Counted from the stretch's first letter, positions 20,164 through 30,024 are shown. The stretch is 64,000 nucleotides of DNA from Candidatus Micrarchaeota archaeon (GCA_020854825.1 JAHKLY010000002.1:31487-95486), one strand, 5' to 3'. Notes: a model not told the origin generated them from the sequence alone. Made by a program: numbers and translations.

Positions 20164-20904
20164 ATGGAAGAAGTAGAATTATTCAAAAATGGAAAAAGAT
20201 ATGATGGGAGAACAGTTGAAGAATTAAGACATGTTAAAATAAAAGCGCATGTTTTAAATGATGCAGACGGTTCAGCATATTTAGAATGGGGAAATAATAA
20301 GATTATTGTTGGAGTATATGGTCCAAAAGAATGTATACCAAGACATTTAGCAAGTCCATATGGTGCAGTAGTTAAATGTATTTATAATATGTCTCCATTT
20401 TCTTCATTAGGAGAACATGGGAGAAGCGGACCTTCAAGAAGAAGTAGAGAGCTTTCAATGGTTATTGGGCAAGTATTTGAAAATGTTATTGAAAGGGAAA
20501 AATTCCCAAAAGCAGCAATTGAAATATTTGTAGATGTTCTTCAAGGAGATGGGGGAACAAGATGTGCTGCAGTAACAGCAGCATCAGTTGCATTAGCAGA
20601 TGCAGGAATACCTATGAAAGATATGGTTTCTGCTGTTGCAGTAGGAAAAGTAAAAGATACAGTTGTTATAGATTTAGATTATGTTGAGGATAGTCAAGGT
20701 CAGGCAGATTGTGCAATTGCATTTGCAAATCGTAATAAGGAAGTATTATTATTACAAATGGAAGGAGAAATGTCTAAAGAAGATATGCAAAAAGCATTTG
20801 AATTAGCATCAATTGCCCAAGAAAGATTACATCAATTACAAGTAGAAGCACTAAAAGAAGTGTATATGCATATTAATGAAGGAGATGCATTTGTAGATAT
20901 ATAA
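20164..20904 (+). CDS. rrp41: exosome RNase PH subunit Rrp41
   Basis: KRYDGRTVEELR..GSAYLEWGNNKIIVGVYGP RNase PH signature. Confidence 0.85.
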   Translation: MEEVELFKNGKRYDGRTVEELRHVKIKAHVLNDADGSAYLEWGNNKIIVGVYGPKECIPRHLASPYGAVVKCIYNMSPFSSLGEHGRSGPSRRSRELSMVIGQVFENVIEREKFPKAAIEIFVDVLQGDGGTRCAAVTAASVALADAGIPMKDMVSAVAVGKVKDTVVIDLDYVEDSQGQADCAIAFANRNKEVLLLQMEGEMSKEDMQKAFELASIAQERLHQLQVEALKEVYMHINEGDAFVDI

Positions 20905-20917
20905 AAGGTGATTATTT

Positions 20918-21700
20918 ATGGAAATTTTAGATCAATTAAAAAGAGATACAATTCAAAGTTTAGTATCTGCAGGTAAAAGAGCAGATGACAGAGATAATTT
21001 TTCTTATAGGGATATTTCTGTTAAAAAAAATATTTTAGAATATTCAGAAGGATCAGCATTAGTTAGAGTTGGTAAATCTCAAGTTTTATGTGCAATAAAG
21101 ATTGGAATTGGAGAGCCATTTCCAGATAGATTAGATGAAGGAATTTTAACCACATCAGCAGAATTAATGCCTTTAGCTTCATATTTATTTGATCCGGGTC
21201 CTCCAAGTGATGAGGCAATTGAATTGGCAAGAATTGTAGATAGAGGAGTTCGCGCAGCAGAAATTATTGATGTTAAAAAATTGTATATAAGTGAAAATAA
21301 AGTTTTTGTTGTATATATTGATGTTTATGTTATGGACCATGATGGTAATTTAATTGATGCAGCTGGATTAGCAGCAATGGCAGCATTACAATGTACTAGA
21401 ATGCCAAAAATAGAAAATGGTCAAATTGTAAAAGGAGAATATGAAGGAAAATTAGATTTATTAAAAGATGTAACAACTCATACCTTTGCAAAAGTAGGAA
21501 ATACCTTACTTATAGACCCTTGTTTAGATGAAGAAAAAGGTATGGATGCGAGAGTTACATTAGGTATAACTGATAAGAATACTATTTGTGCAATACAAAA
21601 ATGGGGGTCTGGTTCATTTTCTCAAGATGAACTTTTTCAGGTTATAGACATAGCATTTAAAAAGAGAAAAGAACTAAAAGAATTAATAGATAATGCTTGA
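20918..21700 (+). CDS. rrp42: exosome RNase PH-like subunit Rrp42
   Basis: Second RNase PH-fold protein immediately after rrp41. 260 aa. Confidence 0.8.
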   Translation: MEILDQLKRDTIQSLVSAGKRADDRDNFSYRDISVKKNILEYSEGSALVRVGKSQVLCAIKIGIGEPFPDRLDEGILTTSAELMPLASYLFDPGPPSDEAIELARIVDRGVRAAEIIDVKKLYISENKVFVVYIDVYVMDHDGNLIDAAGLAAMAALQCTRMPKIENGQIVKGEYEGKLDLLKDVTTHTFAKVGNTLLIDPCLDEEKGMDARVTLGITDKNTICAIQKWGSGSFSQDELFQVIDIAFKKRKELKELIDNA

Positions 21701-21710
21701 GGTGTGAAAT

Positions 21711-21944
21711 ATGGTAAGTAAACAAGTTAGAGGCGGAACAAAAATTAGAAAACGTGCGAAATCAATAGATAAATTGAAAAACAGTGTTTATGAATGTCCA
21801 GAATGCAGAAAGGTGTCTCTAAAAAGAGTGTCAAATGCAATTTGGAAATGTAATTCTTGTGGTGCAGAAATAGCAGGAGGTGCATATACTCCTTCAACAA
21901 CCCCAGGAAAAGATATTAAAAGGAAATTAGAGGGTAAATCCTAA
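21711..21944 (+). CDS. rpl37ae: ribosomal protein L37Ae (eL43)
   Basis: C4 zinc ribbon CPECRK...CNSCG. 77 aa. Basic. Confidence 0.85.
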   Translation: MVSKQVRGGTKIRKRAKSIDKLKNSVYECPECRKVSLKRVSNAIWKCNSCGAEIAGGAYTPSTTPGKDIKRKLEGKS

Positions 21945-21963
21945 TCAAGGAGGAGATAGCCGT

Positions 21964-22098
21964 ATGTATATTTGTGGAAGATGTGGCAAAGAAGTGAAAT
22001 CAATTGAAGACGGAAAATTTGTTAGGTGTCCTTTTTGTGGTTATAGAATGGTATACAAAACACGTGCACCTTTAGCAAGAGAAGTCAGTACTGATTAA
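21964..22098 (+). CDS. rpoP: RNA polymerase subunit P (Rpb12/RpoP), 44 aa
   Basis: MYICGRCGKEVKSIEDGKFVRCPFCGYRMVYKTRAP CxxC..CxxC zinc ribbon. Conserved position after rpl37ae. Too short for the ORF track. Confidence 0.65.
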   Translation: MYICGRCGKEVKSIEDGKFVRCPFCGYRMVYKTRAPLAREVSTD

Positions 22099-22167
22099 TT
22101 TTTATTCTTTTTTTTATTTTTACTATAGGTTTAAAAAGTATAACTTTAATATAATCTAGGGAGTTGT

Positions 22168-22410
22168 ATGGAGTTTATTAATTCACTGAAGATAAATTGT
22201 AATGACGAATTAGAAGCAAAAAATATCTATAAGTTATTAATAGTAGAAATGCAGAATAGTGATAGATTTTTTTCAAAAATTGAAAGAATTAAAAATATAG
22301 TGGATATTAATATAACAGCAAAAGATGCAACTGCACTAAGGTCTGTACTTAATAGTTATTTACGGATTTTATCTATGACAGAAAAAGTCGAAGAAATGGA
22401 GGATGATTAA
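22168..22410 (+). CDS. pcc1: KEOPS subunit Pcc1-like
   Basis: 80 aa. ...ITAKDATALRSVLNSYLRIL matches the Pcc1 A.D..ALRA.LNSYLR signature. Canonical superoperon position. Confidence 0.6.
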   Translation: MEFINSLKINCNDELEAKNIYKLLIVEMQNSDRFFSKIERIKNIVDINITAKDATALRSVLNSYLRILSMTEKVEEMEDD

Positions 22411-22693
22411 TATGACAGAAGGGGGAAATTTACAACAACAAATACAAATTTTAAATATGCAAAAACAACAATTATCAGCACAACAAAAAGAATTTGATAA
22501 TGCATTAGAAGAATTAAAAAATGCTAAAGGATTAGTTTATAAATCTGCAGGTAATTTGTTAATTGAGGTTTCAAAAGAAGATGCTAAAAAAGAATTAGAA
22601 GAAAAACAAGAGACTATAACTAAACGATTAGAAACCCTAGAACTCCAAGAAAAAAGATTAAATTCTAAGTTAAAAAACTTAGAAAAAGAGTAG
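22403..22693 (+). CDS. pfdB: prefoldin beta subunit
   Basis: 96-aa coiled-coil protein with Q-rich heptads (QQQIQILNMQKQQLSAQQKEF). Confidence 0.7.
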   Translation: MINMTEGGNLQQQIQILNMQKQQLSAQQKEFDNALEELKNAKGLVYKSAGNLLIEVSKEDAKKELEEKQETITKRLETLELQEKRLNSKLKNLEKE

Positions 22694-22701
22694 GTGATAT
22701 A

Positions 22702-23388
22702 GTGGAAAGAGTTCCATTTGATATAGAAGGGTTGGATAGGATTTTGTTTGGTGGGCTTCCAAAATACCATGATATTTCCATTTGTGGAGGTCCAGGAACA
22801 GGTAAAACATTATTAGGTTTTGAATATATATATAGAGGGGCTCTAAGGGGAGAACCGGGAGTTTTTATTTCATTAGTTGAAAATGAAGAATCAATTCTTG
22901 AAAATATGAAAGCAACATTTAAAAATTGGAAAGATATTGATAAACTAATAGAAAATGGAAAAATATTTATTGTAAAACCAGAATCATTAGATGTTTTGGC
23001 ATTAGCAGATATTTTAGAAAAACACATTATTGATCATAAAATAAATAGAGCAGTAATTGATTCAGCTACTGTATTAAGAACAACTTTTTCAGAGCATTCT
23101 AAATATAGACAAACTATGCAGGAATTATTATCTTTAATTGGAGGATTAAAATGTACCACTTTATTAACATATGAGTATCCATCCTATGAAAGGAATAATA
23201 TGACATTTTCAGTTGAACAGTTTATTGCAGATGGAATAATTAATTTGTATAATCTACAAAGAGCAGAAAAAAGAGTAAGAGCATTAGAAGTAGTTAAGAT
23301 GAGAGGAACAAGACATGTTGAAGAACTAGTTCCATTTAAAATTAGTGCTTCTGGATTAGAAGTGTATATAGGGGAAAAAGTATTTTGA
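22702..23388 (+). CDS. single-domain KaiC/RecA-superfamily ATPase
   Basis: Walker [17 protein letters not shown]. 228 aa. KaiC-like architecture (COG0467-like). Confidence 0.65.
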   Translation: MERVPFDIEGLDRILFGGLPKYHDISICGGPGTGKTLLGFEYIYRGALRGEPGVFISLVENEESILENMKATFKNWKDIDKLIENGKIFIVKPESLDVLALADILEKHIIDHKINRAVIDSATVLRTTFSEHSKYRQTMQELLSLIGGLKCTTLLTYEYPSYERNNMTFSVEQFIADGIINLYNLQRAEKRVRALEVVKMRGTRHVEELVPFKISASGLEVYIGEKVF

Positions 23389-23397
23389 GGGAGATAA

Positions 23398-24570
23398 TTG
23401 ACAACAGATAAAAAAATAGAGTATTGGTTTAAATTAACATATGATGCAGACGCAAAAACTAGATTAAAAGCTGCAAAGGAACTATCAGAATATCCAGAAT
23501 CTCCAACAGCTGTTTTTGCTATTTATGAATTGACTTATGATAAAGATGAAAAAGTAAAACAATTAGCTAAAGATATAATTAATTCTTGGAAAGAAGAAGA
23601 CGAAGAAATAATTCCATTAGGTGAAATATTAGCTGAAAAAATGAAAAAAGTTGAAGAAGGCACAGTAAAAGATGAAGAAAGAGATGAAAGAATAAAAGAA
23701 ATTAAGAAAAAATTAATGCCTTCGTTAGAAAATTATTTCAAATCAGAGGATACTAAAAATAAATTAATGCCTTCGTTAGAAAAGCTTTTTGAAAGGTTAG
23801 TAGAATTAGAAACTAAAGGACATCAAACATTTGAAAAGAAAAGATTAGTTGAAGAAAAATCAGAACAAGAAACACAAAAGAGTTTGTTTGATGAAGATGA
23901 AGAATTAGAGATGCCTCCAGAATATAGGGAATATTTAGATACATTATCACAGATTGATAGAATTGCGTTTTCGTCAGCACCTTCTTCAAAAGGAAAGAAA
24001 AAAATAAAAATCAAAAAGATTAAAGAGCATAGAGATAAAGAGGAAGTAGAAGAAATGCTTGAAGAAGTAGAAGAAGAAACTGAAGAAGAAGAAAAAATAC
24101 CTACTGCAGATATTTTTGAAAGGACAATTTATAAAAAAGCATTTAAATTACAAACAACTCCAGGTATTACACAGAGTCTAATAAATCAAGAGATGAAACG
24201 AACAATACATGAATATTCATTGAAGATTAAGTCCGCATTTTCATTAGCTAAATTAAGATCCACACGTAATGAAATAGATAAAATATCAGATTTAGAAAAA
24301 GGTATGAAAAATATATATACTGCTGCTTTTAAAGTTGAAGAAGTTGAAAATAAAGAAATTAAAAGAGGAACCAGAACTTCAAATTATTTAAGAATAGTAT
24401 TATCTGATAAATCTGGAAAATTCCCCGTTTTTATTTGGAAAGGAAGGGGCAGAGGGATATATGAAAATGAATATATTAAATTAGAAAATGCATTTGTAGA
24501 TGAATATCCAGAAATAGGTGAAATTGCACTTTCAATAGATAAAAAAGGAAAAATAATTGTTATAAAATAA
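23398..24570 (+). CDS. hypothetical protein: N-terminal HEAT-like repeats, E/K-rich low-complexity middle, OB-fold-like C-terminus
   Basis: TTG start. KAAKELSEYPESPTAVFAIYELTYDKDEKVKQLA HEAT-like pair. Short tandem KLMPSLE repeat. C-terminal beta-rich segment. Confidence 0.35.
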   Translation: MTTDKKIEYWFKLTYDADAKTRLKAAKELSEYPESPTAVFAIYELTYDKDEKVKQLAKDIINSWKEEDEEIIPLGEILAEKMKKVEEGTVKDEERDERIKEIKKKLMPSLENYFKSEDTKNKLMPSLEKLFERLVELETKGHQTFEKKRLVEEKSEQETQKSLFDEDEELEMPPEYREYLDTLSQIDRIAFSSAPSSKGKKKIKIKKIKEHRDKEEVEEMLEEVEEETEEEEKIPTADIFERTIYKKAFKLQTTPGITQSLINQEMKRTIHEYSLKIKSAFSLAKLRSTRNEIDKISDLEKGMKNIYTAAFKVEEVENKEIKRGTRTSNYLRIVLSDKSGKFPVFIWKGRGRGIYENEYIKLENAFVDEYPEIGEIALSIDKKGKIIVIK

Positions 24571-24647
24571 CTCTCATTTTAATGTTTTCAAACGCTTTTT
24601 AAATACTACTTATCAATATATTAATACGTCAATTTTTGGTGTTTTTT

Positions 24648-26117
24648 ATGAATGAGGAGGAATTTATTAAAGGAATTTTAGATAAAGGAATGCGATTAAC
24701 CCCAGAAGCATCAAAGTTGATTTTAGAAGTAAAAGATAAAGAAAAAATTCTTGATAATTTAATAAGAGAAGGATTTACAATAATAACTAAAGAAGATTTA
24801 GAATCAATTATCGCAGAATATGAAAAAATTCCAGAGCCAGAAGTTGAAATTAAAAGAAAAAACTCTTTTGAACCAATAGCAAAAGATTATGCTTTTAATA
24901 TTAGAGTTTATCCAGATAAAGACATAACAAACAATTCAAGATGCACTGGAAAACCTGAAGATTTTGTTATGTATTTTAGAAGTAGGTTATTAATGACTAA
25001 ATCTGTTTTATCTGAGCGTATCGGTGAAACACCAATAATTAGAATTAATGAATTAAAAACAAGAAACAATTCAGATGTTAGATTAATAGGTATGGTTATT
25101 GATAAAAGAGATTCACAAAAAGGAAATTTAATAGTTGAAATTGAAGATGAACAAGAAGTATGTTTAGTTATTATGATGAAAAGTGATGAAAATGTATATG
25201 CTTTAGCAGATCAAATTGTATTAGATGATATTTTATTATTTGAAGGAAGAGTTTATAATGGAATTTTAATAGCAAAAGAAATTATTTGGCCAGATATACC
25301 TATAATGAGGAATAAAAAAACAATAGAAGAGGATCTAGCTGTTGCTTATTTATCAGATCTGCATGTTGGGAGTAAATTATTTATGGAAAAAGAATTTAAC
25401 AAATTCTTAGATTGGATAAATGGGAATGGAGAAGATAAAGAGTTAGCAGGTAAGATAAAGTATATTAGTATTTCTGGAGATATAGTTGATGGGATAGGAA
25501 TTTATCCTAGACAAGAAGATGAATTAGTAGTTAAAGATATTTATAAACAATATGGAATTTTTATGGATTTAATGGAGAAAATACCAGATTATATTAAAGT
25601 TATTGTAAGTCCAGGAAATCACGATGCAGTAAGAAGAGCACAACCTCAACCACAGTTACCTAAGGAATTACTTAATGGAAAAACATTAAATGTTGGTAGT
25701 CCTTCTTGGATTGATTTAGAAGGATTTAAACATTTAATTTACCATGGGGATTCACTTGATTCAATAATTTCTTCTTTATCAAATTGTGATCATACTCATC
25801 CGGAAGTGCCTATGATAGAACTTTTAAAAAGAAGGAATTTATCTCCAATTTATGGAAGGAATCCAATTGTTCCTGAAAAAAAAGATTATCTATTCATTGA
25901 TCAAATACCAGATGTTTTACATATGGGACATGTACATAAAAATGGATACTCTTTGTATAGAGGAACACATATAATTAATTCAGGAACATTTCAAGAACGT
26001 ACAAATTTTCAAATAAAACAAGGACATATTCCAACTCCGGGCATAGTGCCAATTTTATGTATGAAAACTGGAGAGGTAGTGCATAAAAAATTTGTAGCTG
26101 GTGTTAATTATGGTTGA
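24648..26117 (+). CDS. dp1: DNA polymerase II (PolD) small subunit DP1
   Basis: Calcineurin-like phosphoesterase motifs (SGDIVDG, GNHD, GHVH) in the C-terminal half plus an OB region. About 490 aa. Confidence 0.85.
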   Translation: MNEEEFIKGILDKGMRLTPEASKLILEVKDKEKILDNLIREGFTIITKEDLESIIAEYEKIPEPEVEIKRKNSFEPIAKDYAFNIRVYPDKDITNNSRCTGKPEDFVMYFRSRLLMTKSVLSERIGETPIIRINELKTRNNSDVRLIGMVIDKRDSQKGNLIVEIEDEQEVCLVIMMKSDENVYALADQIVLDDILLFEGRVYNGILIAKEIIWPDIPIMRNKKTIEEDLAVAYLSDLHVGSKLFMEKEFNKFLDWINGNGEDKELAGKIKYISISGDIVDGIGIYPRQEDELVVKDIYKQYGIFMDLMEKIPDYIKVIVSPGNHDAVRRAQPQPQLPKELLNGKTLNVGSPSWIDLEGFKHLIYHGDSLDSIISSLSNCDHTHPEVPMIELLKRRNLSPIYGRNPIVPEKKDYLFIDQIPDVLHMGHVHKNGYSLYRGTHIINSGTFQERTNFQIKQGHIPTPGIVPILCMKTGEVVHKKFVAGVNYG

Positions 26118-29100
26118 AATTACAAAAAAAATGGAAAATTATTTTAATATGCTTGAAATGTATTTAAATAAAGAATATACTATTGCACAAAAAGCTAGAA
26201 AAAAAGGATTAGATCCAAAAACGGAAGTAGAAACTAAATTTGCACAAGATGTTGCAGGAAGAGTTGAAGGATTAGTAGGTCCGGAAGGAATTGCAGAAGA
26301 AATTAGAATTTTAGAAAACCAAGGAATGCAAAGAACAATTATTGCATATGAAATTGTAAAAAAATTAGTGAATTTAAATAAAGAAAAAGGAGTTGAAAAA
26401 GCAATTGATCAAGCTGTAAGAACAGGAGTTGCTATTTTAACCGAAGGAGTATTAGTTGCACCAACAGAAGGAATAGGAGGATTAAAAATAAATCAAAATC
26501 CGGATGGTACTGATTATTTATCTATATATTTTTCAGGACCTATTAGAAGTGCAGGAGGGACAATTGCAGCATTAAGTGTAGTATTAGCAGATGTTGCAAG
26601 AAGAGAAGTTGGAATTAAGGATTATAGACCAACAGATACGGAATTAGATAGATATGTTGAAGAAATAACTATTTATGATGCAAGAGATTCACGATTACAA
26701 TATATGCCAACAGAACAAGAAATAAAAACAATTGTAAAAAATTGTCCTGTTTGTATTGAAGGAGATCCAACAAGTAAATTTGAAGTTGCAGTATATAGGA
26801 ATATGGAAAGAATAAAAACAAATAGATTAAGGGGAGGTATGGCATTAGTTATAGGAGAGGGAATAGCACAAAAAGCACCAAAAGTTTTTAAATATACAAA
26901 ACAAATTGGATTAGATTGGGATTGGATTGAATCAATTATGAAAGTTAAATCATCAAGCAAAGGAACTGTTGAAATAAAACCAATAAATACATATATAAGT
27001 GAAATACTTGCAGGAAGACCTATTTTTTCATATCCTATGGTAAAAGGAGGATTTAGGTTAAGATATGGAAGAACAAGAATAAGTGGTATAATGGCCAAAT
27101 GTATTCATCCTGCCACTATGGAAATTTTAGATGAATTTCCTGCAATAGGTACTCAATTAAAAATCGAAAGGCCGGGAAAAGGGTGTATTGTTTTGCCTTG
27201 TGATTCAATAGATCCACCTATTGTTAAACTTACTAATGGAGATGTAATTAGAGTTAATTCTATACAAGAAGCAAAACAATTGAAATCCCAAGTAGAAGAA
27301 GTATTATTTTTAGGAGATATGTTAATTACAATTGGGGATTTTATAAAATCAAATCATCCATTAATACCAGGAGCTTTTTGTGAAGAGTGGTGGGATGTAA
27401 TTTGTGAATCTAAAAATTGTAAAATAAAAGAGGATTTTGATGTTTATGATGCATTTGAATTTTCAAAAGAAAATGAAGTTCCTTTACATCCGAGATATCT
27501 TTATTTTTGGGGGGATATAAGTTCTACGCAATTAAAAGAATTATCAGAAGAAATAGTAAACGCAGAAATTGAATTTGAGTCATTAGGTATTTTAGGTAAA
27601 ATTTCTAATTTCAAATTATCAACAGAAAACAAAAAAGTTAAAAGAACATTAGAGGAATTAGGAGTAATACATAGAGTTAGAGAAAATAAAATAATATTAG
27701 ATCCAGAAACTGCATATTCTGTTTTAACTACATTAGGAATAAAAAATGGTAAAGACCTTTCATTAGATAAATTCAATAAAGTTTGGGATGAGGACAAAAA
27801 AGTTTTGGAAATGTTGAATGAATTATCTGGAATAGAACTTAAAAATAAAGCACCCATATATATTGGTTCAAGAATGGGCCGTCCTGAAAAAGCTAAAGAA
27901 AGAGAAATGACTCCAGATGTTAATGTTTTATTTCCATTAGGACATATAAGCAAACACAGAGATATTATTAAAACATATAATGAATTAAAAGAAAAAACAA
28001 AAGATAGGGGAATAAAAATAGAAATCTCGAGAAGAAAGTGTAAAGAATGCGGGAAAATAACTTTTTATAATTTATGTGATTGTGGGAGTGAAACAGAACC
28101 TCAAAAAATATGTTCGAAATGTGGGAGAGAAATAAAGGTAGGGGATGAATGTCCTTGTGGAGGAAAGGTTTGTATTTATGATTCAAGATCCATTAATATT
28201 GTAAATATATTGGATGAACTAAAAGAAAGAATTGGGAATAAATTACCAGATAAAATAAAAGGAGTAAAAGGATTAATTAATAGCTCAAAAATACCTGAAA
28301 GACTTGAAAAAGGAGTATTTAGATCAAAATATGGATTATCTTGTTTTAAAGATGGGACTTCTAGATTTGATTTTACAGATGCACCTATGACTCATTTTAA
28401 ACCAAATGAAATTGGAGTTTCAGTTGAAAAGATAAAAGAATTAGGATATAAACATGATTATTTAGGAAAAGAAATAACAGACGGAGATCAAGTTATTGAA
28501 ATGTTTCCTCAAGATTTTATTGTTTCTGAAGATGGAATAAAATTTTTTATTAAAACAGCCAATTTTGTAGATGAGATATTAGTATATTTATATCATTTAC
28601 CTCCATATTATAATATTAAGACGCATGAAGATGTAATTGGTCATTTGACAGTTATACAATCCCCCCATACTTCTGCTGGAATTTTATCAAGACTTATTGG
28701 GTATACAAAAGGAAGAGTTGCATATATGCACCCGTATTTAGTTTGTGGTACAAGGAGAAATTGTGATGGAGATGAAAATTGTTTTATGGTTTTAATGGAT
28801 GTGTTGTTGAATTTTTCAAGAAGCTACTTACCTGAAACAAGAGGGGGAACTATGGATATTCCAATTGTTTTAACTACAATCTTAAATCCTAAAGAAGTTG
28901 ATGATGAAGTTCATGTAATGGAAGCAATAAATAAACTTCCCTTAGAATTTTATGAAAAAACGGAATTATTTGAAAACCCAAGTAATCTTAACTTAGAATT
29001 AATTGAAAATAAGTTAGAAAAACCAGATAAGTATGAAAATATATATTTTACACATGATGTTTCTAATATAAATCTTGGACCAACAAGAACTACTTATGTT

Positions 29101-29508
29101 CAATTTAAGAGTATGAAAGATAAAGTTGGTGCACAATTTGAGTTACATAAAAAGATAAGAGCAGTTGATGCAGTTGATGCAGCTGAAAAATTAATTTTGA
29201 GTCATTTTATACCAGATCTTTATGGTAATTTAAGAAAATTTTCACAACAAACTTTTAGGTGTGTAAATTGTAATGAGAAATATAGGCGGGTTCCTTTAAT
29301 TGGTAAATGCAGAAAATGTGGTGGAAAAATTGTTTTAACTGTATATCAAGGAGGAGTAACTAAATATCTTAAATTATCTCAAGAAATGGCGCAAAAATAT
29401 GATTTGCCTATTTATCTTAAACAGCGCCTTGAATTATTAGAAAAAGATATTGCAAGTATTTTCGTAGACGAAAAAGCCCCGCAAGTCTCACTTTCTGAAT
29501 TTATGTAA
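26110..29508 (+). CDS. dp2: DNA polymerase II (PolD) large subunit DP2 (no intein)
   Basis: MVEITKKMENYFN..EYTIAQKARKKGLDP N-terminus. Multiple Cys clusters (CKECG..CDCG, CVNCNEKY..CRKCGG). About 1130 aa, overlapping the dp1 stop. Confidence 0.9.
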   Translation: MVEITKKMENYFNMLEMYLNKEYTIAQKARKKGLDPKTEVETKFAQDVAGRVEGLVGPEGIAEEIRILENQGMQRTIIAYEIVKKLVNLNKEKGVEKAIDQAVRTGVAILTEGVLVAPTEGIGGLKINQNPDGTDYLSIYFSGPIRSAGGTIAALSVVLADVARREVGIKDYRPTDTELDRYVEEITIYDARDSRLQYMPTEQEIKTIVKNCPVCIEGDPTSKFEVAVYRNMERIKTNRLRGGMALVIGEGIAQKAPKVFKYTKQIGLDWDWIESIMKVKSSSKGTVEIKPINTYISEILAGRPIFSYPMVKGGFRLRYGRTRISGIMAKCIHPATMEILDEFPAIGTQLKIERPGKGCIVLPCDSIDPPIVKLTNGDVIRVNSIQEAKQLKSQVEEVLFLGDMLITIGDFIKSNHPLIPGAFCEEWWDVICESKNCKIKEDFDVYDAFEFSKENEVPLHPRYLYFWGDISSTQLKELSEEIVNAEIEFESLGILGKISNFKLSTENKKVKRTLEELGVIHRVRENKIILDPETAYSVLTTLGIKNGKDLSLDKFNKVWDEDKKVLEMLNELSGIELKNKAPIYIGSRMGRPEKAKEREMTPDVNVLFPLGHISKHRDIIKTYNELKEKTKDRGIKIEISRRKCKECGKITFYNLCDCGSETEPQKICSKCGREIKVGDECPCGGKVCIYDSRSINIVNILDELKERIGNKLPDKIKGVKGLINSSKIPERLEKGVFRSKYGLSCFKDGTSRFDFTDAPMTHFKPNEIGVSVEKIKELGYKHDYLGKEITDGDQVIEMFPQDFIVSEDGIKFFIKTANFVDEILVYLYHLPPYYNIKTHEDVIGHLTVIQSPHTSAGILSRLIGYTKGRVAYMHPYLVCGTRRNCDGDENCFMVLMDVLLNFSRSYLPETRGGTMDIPIVLTTILNPKEVDDEVHVMEAINKLPLEFYEKTELFENPSNLNLELIENKLEKPDKYENIYFTHDVSNINLGPTRTTYVQFKSMKDKVGAQFELHKKIRAVDAVDAAEKLILSHFIPDLYGNLRKFSQQTFRCVNCNEKYRRVPLIGKCRKCGGKIVLTVYQGGVTKYLKLSQEMAQKYDLPIYLKQRLELLEKDIASIFVDEKAPQVSLSEFM

Positions 29509-29564
29509 AATTTACTTTTGTAAATTTGACATATTTACAACAGAGTTGTAAATCATGTGATAAC

Positions 29565-29620
29565 CTTTTTCTTTCTTTTTAAAAAGAAAGAAAAACGTTA
29601 ACGAAAAAGAAAAGAAACAA
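29565..29620. repeat. orphan copy of a polypyrimidine/polypurine palindromic element (TTTCTTTCTTTTT|AAAAAGAAAGAAA + ...AACGAAAAAGAAAAGAAA) also found in two tRNA introns
   Basis: Perfect 26-bp palindrome at 29568..29593. About 55 bp aligns with 43851..43905 and with the minus strand of about 30040..30112. Confidence 0.5.
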
Positions 29621-29741
29621 AAAGAAAGAAAAATAAAGGAAAAAAATAAAACTTTAATGAAAAAGAGTATTTTAGTAGAGTTATAAAAAAGAAATTAAAA
29701 GCAACAAAAGAACTTTCTGATTTAGCAAATGAGATATTAAG

Positions 29742-30014
29742 TTAATCATCGTTTTTCATGCTTTCTAATGCGCTTAAAATAGTCCAAATTTGAGTTCTTG
29801 CATGTGAAGGAATATTTATATCTTCTGCTATCTCTTCAAGAGAATAAACAACTGCGCCAATTTTTAAAGTAGCATCTTCATTTGTTTTTAATCTTTTTTT
29901 AGCATCTGTAATTGTTTTTCTAATATTTTTTGGAATAGAAGTATCTTCTTCAATTTCATCCATAATATCTATAATATCATTAAGATTAATTTCTGTCATA
30001 TTCACCACCCTCAC
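29742..30014 (-). CDS. small conserved archaeal protein (UPF0147-like)
   Basis: 90 aa, acidic/helical. IPKNIRKTITDAKKRL...IPSHARTQIWTILSALE is a pattern I associate with the UPF0147 family. Recalled from memory, not verified. Confidence 0.35.
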   Translation of the reverse strand: MRVVNMTEINLNDIIDIMDEIEEDTSIPKNIRKTITDAKKRLKTNEDATLKIGAVVYSLEEIAEDINIPSHARTQIWTILSALESMKNDD

Positions 30015-30024
30015 AATTAATAAG

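Noticed and set aside
23700-23800. Short tandem peptide repeat KKKLMPSLENYF / NKLMPSLEKLF in the 390-aa ORF as a mobile or repeat element
   Set aside because: It is a single local 60-nt duplication within a coding region. This is ordinary low-complexity expansion.
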